Below are positions 1-9,118 of a DNA stretch of 64,000 bases, piece by piece. This DNA is from an uncultured virus (IMG/VR IMGVR_UViG_3300025168_000050) (Duplodnaviria > Heunggongvirae > Uroviricota > Caudoviricetes). The notes under the pieces were generated by a model. The model worked only from the letters and a program-made list of their open reading frames with translations. It did no database searches and was not told the DNA's origin. The position numbers and the translations under genes were made by a program. Where the stretch lies: IMG/VR virus record IMGVR_UViG_3300025168_000050; one strand, 5' to 3'. Position 1 is the first letter of the stretch. Each line of letters opens with the position of its first letter.

Positions 1-2346
1 ACATGGCCGGCATCTAGACCTCGTAGTATTGGAGGGGAAGGGTTTTTATTAAATTTAAAGACTGATTTTATAAATTCTCATTATCTTATGGGATCTAGTG
101 TATCTCAAAGTTGTGCTAGTTTTCCTGGGGGAGGAACACCAATACAATATCAAGCTGTGCCTTTTCAAGCAACAATGAGCTACGAAAGATATGTAACTCC
201 TTATGGAGGTAATACTTATTCTACAAGGGCTAATAGTGATTACATGTCTACGGGACATTTTATGCCTATTATAACTTCAGGCATAAATGCTACTATTCTT
301 TCATTACCTTTAGTACATGATGTGTGGGGAGGAGATACAACTACTCAGATATATGATTTTACCTTAATGGAAAAAAATTGGGGTCAGACTGATTTTGATA
401 ACTATGATAGTTTAGATGCTGCTGGTTTTAACGACTTACCAGATGACGCTGAGTATGGAATACAGAGAAATGTTATGTTCCCTGCTGAAGTACATCATAA
501 GAATATCATGTGGAGAATGGGTTATCACTTTGCAAACAAAGGAGCAGGATCTAGTTTTTATCCTAATAATGGTACAGGACTACATGATGAATATAAACTA
601 AATGGAGGATATACATGTGAAAATGATATTAGAACATTCTTTCCTAAACCGTTTAATGTTTCTTTAGGAGATGAGTTTGATACTAGAGTTTATTATTCAG
701 AAACAAAAATTAATGGTGAGCCTGCTGATTCTTGGGCTACCTTTTTAAATAACAACTATAAAGATGTAGAAGGAGTATATGGTCCTATAAATAAATTATC
801 TAGGCTACATGATACAATGTACTTCTTCCAAGATGTTGGTTTTGGATCATTAGCAGTAAATCCTACTGCAGTTGTACAAGCTTCAGATGGATCTGCCTTA
901 CAACTAGGAACAGTTAGTTCAGGAGCTGGAGCATTTATACAAGACTACCAATACATATCTACACGATTTGGATCTTCTCAACAATGGGCAGTAACTAGTA
1001 GTGATTCTAATATTTACTTTTTTGATATAAACCAACGAAAAGCATTTAGATATGGATCAGATGGTACAGCCCCTTTATCAGATATAACTGGAATGCATTC
1101 TTATTTTTTAGAAAATCTTTCTGGATCTATTATGAAACGAGATAATCCAATATTAAAAGAAGGAGTAGCTTGTACATACGATACACAAAACAATGAAGTT
1201 ATATATACATTTCATGATAAAGGTTTTAATAAGAAAGAAACATTACCTATTAGGAACTATGAGACAAGTGTTCCTGCTATTGTTTCTATAGTAGTGCATG
1301 AACAGAATCCAGGCTGTAGTGAATGTATGAATAGAAACTGTGAGGAATATCCTCTTGGTACTAACCCTACATACTGGCCAATAGTAGATAATATAATGAT
1401 TGAAAATTATGGACCGTATCGTGGAGTAATGATGCTGAGATTCGGATGTCCTAATAACCCTTTACCTATTCCTAATCCAAATGGTTATAATATAGGAGAT
1501 GTAGTAATATGGATACCTGCAAGCTGGAACGCAGATCCGAACGGAAGTGATTATTCTCTTTTACAAACTCTAGTTGATCCGCAGACTATAACAATAGGTT
1601 GTCCTATTGAGAAAAATTCTTTTACAGTAGGGTATAGTGAACTAATAGGAGGATATACAGCTATCTACGATTTTAATCCTACAATATATATTAACAGTGG
1701 TTCTTATTTTATTACAGGGAATTCAGAGTCTAGTTGTGCAAAAGGTACAACAGAGTATACTCGTGATGAAATGTATATACATAATATCGGAAGATATGGA
1801 GAATTCTATAATATTATTTTCCAAAGTAAAGTAACATTAATTTCAAATATGCAATCTCCTATAACTAAAACATTTGATAACGTTTCTTATCATATGGAAA
1901 GTTTATGGGTAAAAGGACCACAGGCAAGTAATAATCCAAACAGTGTTTTGAATAATCCAAATGCAGCAATAAGAATTGGTAGGAATAATATTAACACTGT
2001 TGATCTTATAGATGTAAGTAAAGATACATTTGATACAATAAGATTTTATACCGACTATCAAATGTCTGACTATGTTACACTAACTCCTGGACAAAATATA
2101 AGAAAGAAAGAAAGAGAGTGGCAGATGACCATTCCAAGAAATATAATGGATGAGAATTTAGTAGATGCAGATATATTTAATGTTTATAATTATAATCCTT
2201 CAAGAAAATTTAAAGATAGGATGAGAGATAAATATTTATTTGTTGATTTAATCTACAACAATTTTGATTCAGATTTTGGAGATACCAGAAATATAAAATT
2301 TATTTTACATTACTTTAAAACATTTTTTAGACAATCTTATAGATAA
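1..2346 (+). CDS. Tail stabilization/muzzle-like protein (crAss-like), 5'-truncated by window edge
   Basis: Frame 1 is open from base 1 (TWPASRPRSIGG...), so the ATG at 88 is internal. Blocks 'FDTRVYYSETKINGE..DSW', 'YGPINKL', 'YQYISTRFGS', 'KTFDNV' and 'RMRDKYL' resemble crAss-like tail stabilization proteins. It lies directly upstream of the cargo/RNAP genes. Confidence 0.75.
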   Translation, partial: TWPASRPRSIGGEGFLLNLKTDFINSHYLMGSSVSQSCASFPGGGTPIQYQAVPFQATMSYERYVTPYGGNTYSTRANSDYMSTGHFMPIITSGINATILSLPLVHDVWGGDTTTQIYDFTLMEKNWGQTDFDNYDSLDAAGFNDLPDDAEYGIQRNVMFPAEVHHKNIMWRMGYHFANKGAGSSFYPNNGTGLHDEYKLNGGYTCENDIRTFFPKPFNVSLGDEFDTRVYYSETKINGEPADSWATFLNNNYKDVEGVYGPINKLSRLHDTMYFFQDVGFGSLAVNPTAVVQASDGSALQLGTVSSGAGAFIQDYQYISTRFGSSQQWAVTSSDSNIYFFDINQRKAFRYGSDGTAPLSDITGMHSYFLENLSGSIMKRDNPILKEGVACTYDTQNNEVIYTFHDKGFNKKETLPIRNYETSVPAIVSIVVHEQNPGCSECMNRNCEEYPLGTNPTYWPIVDNIMIENYGPYRGVMMLRFGCPNNPLPIPNPNGYNIGDVVIWIPASWNADPNGSDYSLLQTLVDPQTITIGCPIEKNSFTVGYSELIGGYTAIYDFNPTIYINSGSYFITGNSESSCAKGTTEYTRDEMYIHNIGRYGEFYNIIFQSKVTLISNMQSPITKTFDNVSYHMESLWVKGPQASNNPNSVLNNPNAAIRIGRNNINTVDLIDVSKDTFDTIRFYTDYQMSDYVTLTPGQNIRKKEREWQMTIPRNIMDENLVDADIFNVYNYNPSRKFKDRMRDKYLFVDLIYNNFDSDFGDTRNIKFILHYFKTFFRQSYR

Positions 2347-2348
2347 AG

Positions 2349-2379
2349 TTGTGTAATTAAAATATTTTTAATAGTTTTG
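2349..2379 (+). promoter_or_regulatory. Bacteroidota primary-sigma-type promoter (TTG-N20-TAGTTTTG)
   Basis: TAGTTTTG at 2372-2379 matches the TAnnTTTG -7 element, TTG at 2349-2351 is 20 nt upstream, and the site is intergenic 21 nt before ATG 2401. Confidence 0.65.
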
Positions 2380-2400
2380 TAGGTTTTAGAATATAAGCTA

Positions 2401-5400
2401 ATGGCAAAGAAAAAGAAGAAAAAAACAAGTAACTCGTACTGGATGAAATTCGGAGGATCAAATTCTTCGAATATTCCTGCATATAGACAATATGAAAATG
2501 GGGGGAACCCCACTAAAGACACAACGAGTGATCCTACATTCAAAGCGTGGTTTGCAAAAAACGCTAGAAGAGAGGATGTTATGCAATCTGCTAGTAACCC
2601 AGAACAGCTTAAAAGTTTATTTTTAAATGATATTAATTTCCCAGGAAATGATATGCCAGTATTCTCAGGAGAGATGGATGGTATGGGAAACATAGATAAA
2701 AGTAATAGAGACTTAGGACTCAGTATGCAAATGATTGGGGGACCTCAAATGAAAAATGGTGGCCTTTACGCTAACATGAATGCTAGAAAAAAAGCAGGGA
2801 CTTCTAGATCTAAAAAGAATAGTACTGTAAGCGCAGCAGCTTATAAAGATATGCAGAATGGATTTGCAATGTATGGAGGAAAGAAAATTCAATATGGTAA
2901 TGGCGGAGAAGTTTTACCTATGTATAATAAAGGAGGAAACATTTATCCAGGTGGAGGAAACAGGTCTGACTACAGTGGAGTAAATGATAGAAATACAAAT
3001 GCGGGAACTGAAATAGGACAAACTGTAGGAGATACTAATATATTACAAAACTTAGATTACGTAGTTCCGGGATTAGGTACAGGCTTAGATTTTTTAGCAG
3101 ACCTTTGGGGATTCAAAGGAGAACAAGATCAATATATAGATAACAGAAGAGACGCTTCAGAAGCATCAGGCACATTAGATGTTTTAGATCGTGATAATGT
3201 AAATAAGGGAACGCTAAATCTAAGTACACGTAAAGATGCGTTAGGCGCAATGGCAAATTTTACTCAAGTACAACCAACATTTCAAAATTATATGGCGCCT
3301 AGAATGATACAGACTGCTGGTGCCGGTGTAAGTAAATATGCGGCAGGCCAGCTTGGTACTGCTATTAAAGGATTAGGTACAGGTACAGGAGCAGTTGGAG
3401 ATGCAGTATCCCCGATACCAATAGCAGCTGGAGATGCTTTAGCTAACTATGGAGGTAACATGAAAGATTTACCTGTAGCTTATAAAGGATTACCTAAAGC
3501 TAACATGGGTGGAAGAATGTCTAGCATGAGAGATATGATGACAGGGCCTACAGAAATGGAAACAGGAATGGATTTACGAAATAAAACTAAAATGAATTTT
3601 GGTGGAGGGGGAGCTATGAGTTTAGGACCTGGAATGGCTTTACCGGGGTTAAGAGCTCAAGCAATGAATAGTGGAGTAAGAAATCCGTATGGACAAAACG
3701 CTTTAATGCAAGCAACCGGAATGGCGGGAGAGCAGGCTATGGAACAAGGAGGACAACCTCCAGCACAGTATGAAGCTGAAGGCGGTGAAGTTATTATGCA
3801 TGAGCCTGGTAATCAACCTAGTACAACTGGTAATATGGAATCTCTAGGAGCTAATGAAATGGTATCTAAACTAGAAGGATCTAGTCATGACAATGGAGGA
3901 GAGGTAGTACAAGGTGAAGGAGATCAATATGTATTTTCTAATGAATTAAAATCAGAGAAATGGGGCAACATTAGTTTTTCTGATGCAGCCGAAAAAATTG
4001 CAAAAAACATAGAGAAGTATGAAGAGAGTTCAAAAGAAGGGGATGATATAACAAAGTCTACAGCAGAATCTATGATTCAAGCTTGGACACAGAAGCTAGC
4101 TGAATTAAGAACAGAGCAAGAAAGTGCAAGAGAAGCTAAGTTTATGGAGATGGTTAATAGCGGGGCAGATCAAGAAACTCTTATGCAAAACTTTCCAGAC
4201 CTTACGGAACAAATGATGGCAGAACAGACTATGGCTCAGCAACAGCCTGAACAAAATGATATGCCTATGGAGCAAGATAACCCAATGGGTAATATAGATA
4301 TGTCTCAGTTAGCTCCTGAAGATCAAGAACTTATAGGAGCTAGATATGGATTACCTCATTACAATCATGGAGGTTCTCATGAAGATTTTGATACATATGA
4401 CTTTAATAAATATACTACAGATGATAGTGATTACCTTAAATTAGCATTAATGGGGGATGAAAATCTAAATCTTCCATTAGGTAGAGATTATAAACCAAGT
4501 AAAAAAGACTTGCAATCTATTTTAACACAGAATTTTGACGAAGATGGTGCATTCTTTCACGGCAACCTCTATAACGAAGTGGGATCATTATCAGATGCTA
4601 TTCTCTCAGATTATGATTCAAAGAGAAGCGCTCATATAGAAAAAGCTACAGGACTTAAAGGGAGGCCGAGAAGAAAAGATTATAAAAGTACAGATGAAAT
4701 TACAGGCAAAACTTCTGTAGATAAAGTTAAATTACAACAAGATAAAGCTGCATGGAGTATGTATAATAGCGGACTGTCCGGTAATTGGTCAGAAAACTTT
4801 GGAGCAGATGCAAACATGAGTTCAAGAAAATATTTTAAAACTTTCTACAACGACTTAATATCAAAGGGTACTGATCCAGAATTAGCTGCCACACTAGTAG
4901 AGAAAGAAAAAATGAAGAAAGCACAGCTAGATGCAACTAATTTAGAAACAGAGACTCAAGAAGGAGAAATGAGTCCTGAAGACAAAGCAGCAGCATTAAT
5001 AGAGCAGCAACAACAATCTATAAAAAATAAAAAGCTGTTAGGCGATATAGGAAATGGTTTAATAAACATGGCTCCTACTATGTATAACTTTGCTAAAGGA
5101 AATGAGGATGCTGAAGTAGAACAGGTACAGACAAACAGAAATGATGATGAGGTTGAACAATTATTAAGAGGCCTTACTAATAAAGATATTAGCCAAGAAC
5201 TAAAAACAAATGAAGAGTCATTTAATAATCTTAAGTATCTAGCTAGTGATATGTCAGATGGTAGTAGTGCAAATGCAATGAATACTTTACTTAGAGGACA
5301 AGTATTTAAACAAGATGCAGATGCTGCTGTATATGAATCTGCTGAAGAGTCTAATCAAGCTAACAGAATGGTATTAGCAGACTATTTAAATAAAGCTGGA

Positions 5401-5694
5401 GAGAATGACAAAGCAGAAAGAATTAGAGCAACAGGTATTAACTCTGAAAATAGAGCAGCGGTAGAAGCATTTAAGGCTAAAGGTTGGGAAGGTTTATCAG
5501 GAGCTAATCAATTAAGACAGCAGATGGAAGGACTAATAAATAGAGATGAACAACTTAAAGGTTTATTAAATGATATATATCCAGATGTACAAAAGTATAA
5601 AACTGAAGATGGAGGAATCGACTTAGCGGGATTAATTAAAGCTCACCCAGAATTAGAAGAACAGCTTAAAAAATACTATAAAGCAGCTAAATAA
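2401..5694 (+). CDS. Virion cargo/ejection protein 1 (1097 aa) with repeated xxGG motifs
   Basis: Sits between the tail gene and the RNAP genes. Contains an 'EAEGGE...SHDNGG...YVFS' block, Gly/Ala-rich hydrophobic segments, a helical C-terminus and more than 10 [YFM]xxGG-like motifs. Confidence 0.65.
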   Translation: MAKKKKKKTSNSYWMKFGGSNSSNIPAYRQYENGGNPTKDTTSDPTFKAWFAKNARREDVMQSASNPEQLKSLFLNDINFPGNDMPVFSGEMDGMGNIDKSNRDLGLSMQMIGGPQMKNGGLYANMNARKKAGTSRSKKNSTVSAAAYKDMQNGFAMYGGKKIQYGNGGEVLPMYNKGGNIYPGGGNRSDYSGVNDRNTNAGTEIGQTVGDTNILQNLDYVVPGLGTGLDFLADLWGFKGEQDQYIDNRRDASEASGTLDVLDRDNVNKGTLNLSTRKDALGAMANFTQVQPTFQNYMAPRMIQTAGAGVSKYAAGQLGTAIKGLGTGTGAVGDAVSPIPIAAGDALANYGGNMKDLPVAYKGLPKANMGGRMSSMRDMMTGPTEMETGMDLRNKTKMNFGGGGAMSLGPGMALPGLRAQAMNSGVRNPYGQNALMQATGMAGEQAMEQGGQPPAQYEAEGGEVIMHEPGNQPSTTGNMESLGANEMVSKLEGSSHDNGGEVVQGEGDQYVFSNELKSEKWGNISFSDAAEKIAKNIEKYEESSKEGDDITKSTAESMIQAWTQKLAELRTEQESAREAKFMEMVNSGADQETLMQNFPDLTEQMMAEQTMAQQQPEQNDMPMEQDNPMGNIDMSQLAPEDQELIGARYGLPHYNHGGSHEDFDTYDFNKYTTDDSDYLKLALMGDENLNLPLGRDYKPSKKDLQSILTQNFDEDGAFFHGNLYNEVGSLSDAILSDYDSKRSAHIEKATGLKGRPRRKDYKSTDEITGKTSVDKVKLQQDKAAWSMYNSGLSGNWSENFGADANMSSRKYFKTFYNDLISKGTDPELAATLVEKEKMKKAQLDATNLETETQEGEMSPEDKAAALIEQQQQSIKNKKLLGDIGNGLINMAPTMYNFAKGNEDAEVEQVQTNRNDDEVEQLLRGLTNKDISQELKTNEESFNNLKYLASDMSDGSSANAMNTLLRGQVFKQDADAAVYESAEESNQANRMVLADYLNKAGENDKAERIRATGINSENRAAVEAFKAKGWEGLSGANQLRQQMEGLINRDEQLKGLLNDIYPDVQKYKTEDGGIDLAGLIKAHPELEEQLKKYYKAAK

Positions 5695-5706
5695 AAAATA
5701 TATAAA

Positions 5707-8700
5707 ATGGCAGTAAATAGATTCATGAAACCGGCTGAACAGCCATTAATAAATACCCATGTACCTCTTCCTTTTAAGGAAATGTCTTTAGCTTATGCTA
5801 CTAAACAAAAAGAACATACTGATGCAGAATCTTTAGCGGGGACATTAGATGATGAGATATTAAAAATCAAAGCATCTAGTCCTGAACATGCTGAGTACCT
5901 TACTCAATATAGACAAGGGTTAACAACTGAACTTAGTGATTTAGTCGACAAACATGAGGGTAGATATGCTGATATGTTACCTGATCTAAAAAGAATTAAA
6001 AACAGAACTGACTTAGAGATAATGCAAGGTAACTTAGGTATTATTAAAAAGTCTACAAAACAAACAGAAAAGCTTCAGAAAAAAATAGCAACCTCTAAAG
6101 AGGATGGTGATTATGATGATGACTTTAATCCTGTATTGGCTAGTGAAGGTAACTGGCAATCATGGTATAGAAGTGGTACAGAAGGGCAGAATGAAGATTT
6201 ATCTTGGAATCTTAGTGAAGACTCTAAAGGTATTTATGGTACTGAAGGAAGGTTAAAACCTTTCTCATACACTGGATTACATCCAAAAGTAGATGAACTT
6301 AAAGAAGCTAATGAGAATATATTTAAATATGTTAAGCCAGACATAGATAAGATTATCCAGGAAAATGCAAAAACTGGAGCAAAAGTTACTAAGGAGCAAA
6401 AGAGTATAACACTATCTAAACTATATCAAGCAGCACATCAAAATAAACAATTCTTAAGTGATGGGTTCAAGAATGAATTAGATTATGTTGTTAGAAATAG
6501 AATGGATGATGAAATGGTATTAGGAGCAGCTACTAATGCTATAGATAATATGTTTGGAAATGAAGAAGATATATCTTCTATGTATGGTAATAATCCTAAT
6601 GCAGACCAACAAGAAGCTATTGAGTCTAGACTAGCTCAAAGAGATGAGGCTATAGCATCTTTAAGTGGAGACGAAGGTTTAACTGGAAATGCTTATGATC
6701 TTGCTAAAACAAATTATGTAGGAGCTATGGGTGAAAAGTTTATGATGTCAGATGTCTTTGATAGTTTAACTTGGGATCAGTCACTATTAGAAAAAAATAG
6801 AAATAAAGGAAGAGCTCCTAAAACAGACTGGGTTCCTGTAATAGTAGGAAGTACACCGGTAGTGTCATACGCTAAGCCACATAAAGTAGATGATCCAAGT
6901 ACTCCAATACAAACAGGGGGACAGCCTTTACAGGATTTTAATTCATTAGTTGTTGATAGAAAGAAAAGTTATGAATCAATATTAAATGAATATGAGGTAT
7001 TAAAGCAGCAAGGTACTATGGATGACGAAATGCATCAGTCTAAAAAAGATGAAATATCTAGAGCTAAATATCAATATGAGGCAGCTGCATTTTCACAAAA
7101 GAATTTAATACAAAGTACTGCAACAGGCCTACAAATGAGAAGAGTTGGAGGGGACGACTTTTCAGCACCTCTTATTCAATATGTTATGAATGGTAAAAGA
7201 AAATCAGTACAAGTAGGGTCACCTCAATTTATTAATGGTGGTTACAATCTAATTGAATTTGGTGATGATGGGTATCCTGTAAATATGGGAGACTGGGATG
7301 GCCAACAATCTTTAACTACTCAACACTTAGGATATGACTATAGCGAAGGTTTTATACAATATCTTAACAATCCTCAAGGGGATCTAAATAGTGCTTTAAA
7401 TAAAACAGTACAAAACTTTGGTATAGATGGATGGTACGGAGGTAGAAGTGCTAAGTTACCTACTTGGAATACATCTTTAAGTAAGAGTTTAGATACGGAT
7501 GTAACTGAAGCAATGCAGTCTAATTTTATTAAAGACGATTTCTTATTTACAAATAATGAGGGAACTGAAGTAAGTCTTAACACCTTAAGAGAGGGTGGGA
7601 TAATTAAAGATGATGTAATAGATGAATTTATTGTAGATAAAGATTTACCTATTGTTTGGACTACTGTTCCTGATCCATCAACAGGTAACTATAAAGGAAT
7701 GATTAGTGTACCAACAGAAGGTGGTGAGGCAGAGAATACAACAATGACACTTTACTTTGATGCACCTTCTGAATTAAAACAGTCTTGGTTAAGTCTGACT
7801 GAAGACTATGATGATGAAGGCCTTAAGTATACAAGAGCAACTACTCCTACAGAAAAGATGGTATTTAATAATAACTTTGCAGCACAGATGGATATACAAT
7901 CAGCTGCAACAATTAATGGAAACGTTGCTCCGAGTATGTATAGAGACGGTGATGGAAGAATGTTAGGTATGTATTACTTTAATCAAACTCCAGAAGGAAC
8001 TCCTATAGTTAATAGTGAGTTTTTGTTTAGACCACAAGCAGGTTTAGTATCTGCTATAAATCCAGATGGAAGCTATGAGTATACTACTGGGCAAGAGTTA
8101 TTTCCAACAGATATTGAGGCTAGTCAGTTATCACAACTAATAGCGTTAAATAGTCCAGACCATTCAGCATCTTTAGAGTTCTGGAAGAACCATATGTCAG
8201 AGAACAAACCTACAGGTAATTTCCCTATTGCTGTACAAAATGCTCCAGTAACTGAAACTTCAGAGGCGAGAGAAATAGATATTACTGGAATGCCGTATTC
8301 TACTAGACTGGCTAAGGGACAAACATCTTATTCAGGAGATAGAATAGAAAAAAATCATTTATGGGGTACAACAAACTACGGGTTATTAGGTACAAATATT
8401 AAATTTGCAAACCAAGTAATGGAAGCTGAGCTGACTTTTACTGACGGATCAAGGGCTAAAGTTGAAACTGTTTCTAATAGTCTAGGAGAAGAGTATAAAG
8501 ATACTCCAGTAATGCTTACAGACGGAACAGAGACTACTCTAGGAGCTGCAATACTGAGCGGAGATCTTAGTTTAGAGTGGGTAAACAGAGGTGGAAGCGG
8601 AAGAGCTACTTTACCTATTAATAATTCGAACAGAACATATCAAGAACAGCTTGATAAGTATAATGCTTATGTAGAAGGCGGTAGACAAGGAGATCCTATA

Positions 8701-9090
8701 GCTGATCCAAACGTAGGAGGATTCCACGTTATGGGGCAAGCAATAGATCTTAGCCAAACTAAAGGAGATTATGATTTAATATTAGTTACATCAGATGAAA
8801 TAGCATCGGTAGGAGCTAATGGAGTGCAGACTATAGGAACCAAGAATACAAGTAATAATGAAACAGGAAGTTCAAAAGGTGTAAGAATATCAGAGTTAAA
8901 AAATAACGGAGAATTACTATTTAAAGATTTCTTAAAAGATCAATTAACTTCTGTATATAATTCATTATCTTCGCACGGAAACAGAAGAAGGGAAGACGTA
9001 CAACCAATAAGACAATTCGATGCAGAGTGGTGGCATTGGTCAGCAGGAGAATTTAGAACAGAAACGCCAGCGGTTTATCCGTCATGGTAA
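5707..9090 (+). CDS. Virion cargo/ejection protein 2 (1127 aa) with C-terminal M15 (VanY-like) Zn peptidase domain
   Basis: The C-terminus has 'RTYQEQ', 'FHVMGQAIDL' (HxxGxAxD) and 'EWWH', the M15 family ligand motifs. It immediately precedes the RNAP gene. Confidence 0.7.
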   Translation: MAVNRFMKPAEQPLINTHVPLPFKEMSLAYATKQKEHTDAESLAGTLDDEILKIKASSPEHAEYLTQYRQGLTTELSDLVDKHEGRYADMLPDLKRIKNRTDLEIMQGNLGIIKKSTKQTEKLQKKIATSKEDGDYDDDFNPVLASEGNWQSWYRSGTEGQNEDLSWNLSEDSKGIYGTEGRLKPFSYTGLHPKVDELKEANENIFKYVKPDIDKIIQENAKTGAKVTKEQKSITLSKLYQAAHQNKQFLSDGFKNELDYVVRNRMDDEMVLGAATNAIDNMFGNEEDISSMYGNNPNADQQEAIESRLAQRDEAIASLSGDEGLTGNAYDLAKTNYVGAMGEKFMMSDVFDSLTWDQSLLEKNRNKGRAPKTDWVPVIVGSTPVVSYAKPHKVDDPSTPIQTGGQPLQDFNSLVVDRKKSYESILNEYEVLKQQGTMDDEMHQSKKDEISRAKYQYEAAAFSQKNLIQSTATGLQMRRVGGDDFSAPLIQYVMNGKRKSVQVGSPQFINGGYNLIEFGDDGYPVNMGDWDGQQSLTTQHLGYDYSEGFIQYLNNPQGDLNSALNKTVQNFGIDGWYGGRSAKLPTWNTSLSKSLDTDVTEAMQSNFIKDDFLFTNNEGTEVSLNTLREGGIIKDDVIDEFIVDKDLPIVWTTVPDPSTGNYKGMISVPTEGGEAENTTMTLYFDAPSELKQSWLSLTEDYDDEGLKYTRATTPTEKMVFNNNFAAQMDIQSAATINGNVAPSMYRDGDGRMLGMYYFNQTPEGTPIVNSEFLFRPQAGLVSAINPDGSYEYTTGQELFPTDIEASQLSQLIALNSPDHSASLEFWKNHMSENKPTGNFPIAVQNAPVTETSEAREIDITGMPYSTRLAKGQTSYSGDRIEKNHLWGTTNYGLLGTNIKFANQVMEAELTFTDGSRAKVETVSNSLGEEYKDTPVMLTDGTETTLGAAILSGDLSLEWVNRGGSGRATLPINNSNRTYQEQLDKYNAYVEGGRQGDPIADPNVGGFHVMGQAIDLSQTKGDYDLILVTSDEIASVGANGVQTIGTKNTSNNETGSSKGVRISELKNNGELLFKDFLKDQLTSVYNSLSSHGNRRREDVQPIRQFDAEWWHWSAGEFRTETPAVYPSW

Positions 9091-9118
9091 ACATATTAAT
9101 AGACTAAAATTAGTTTAA

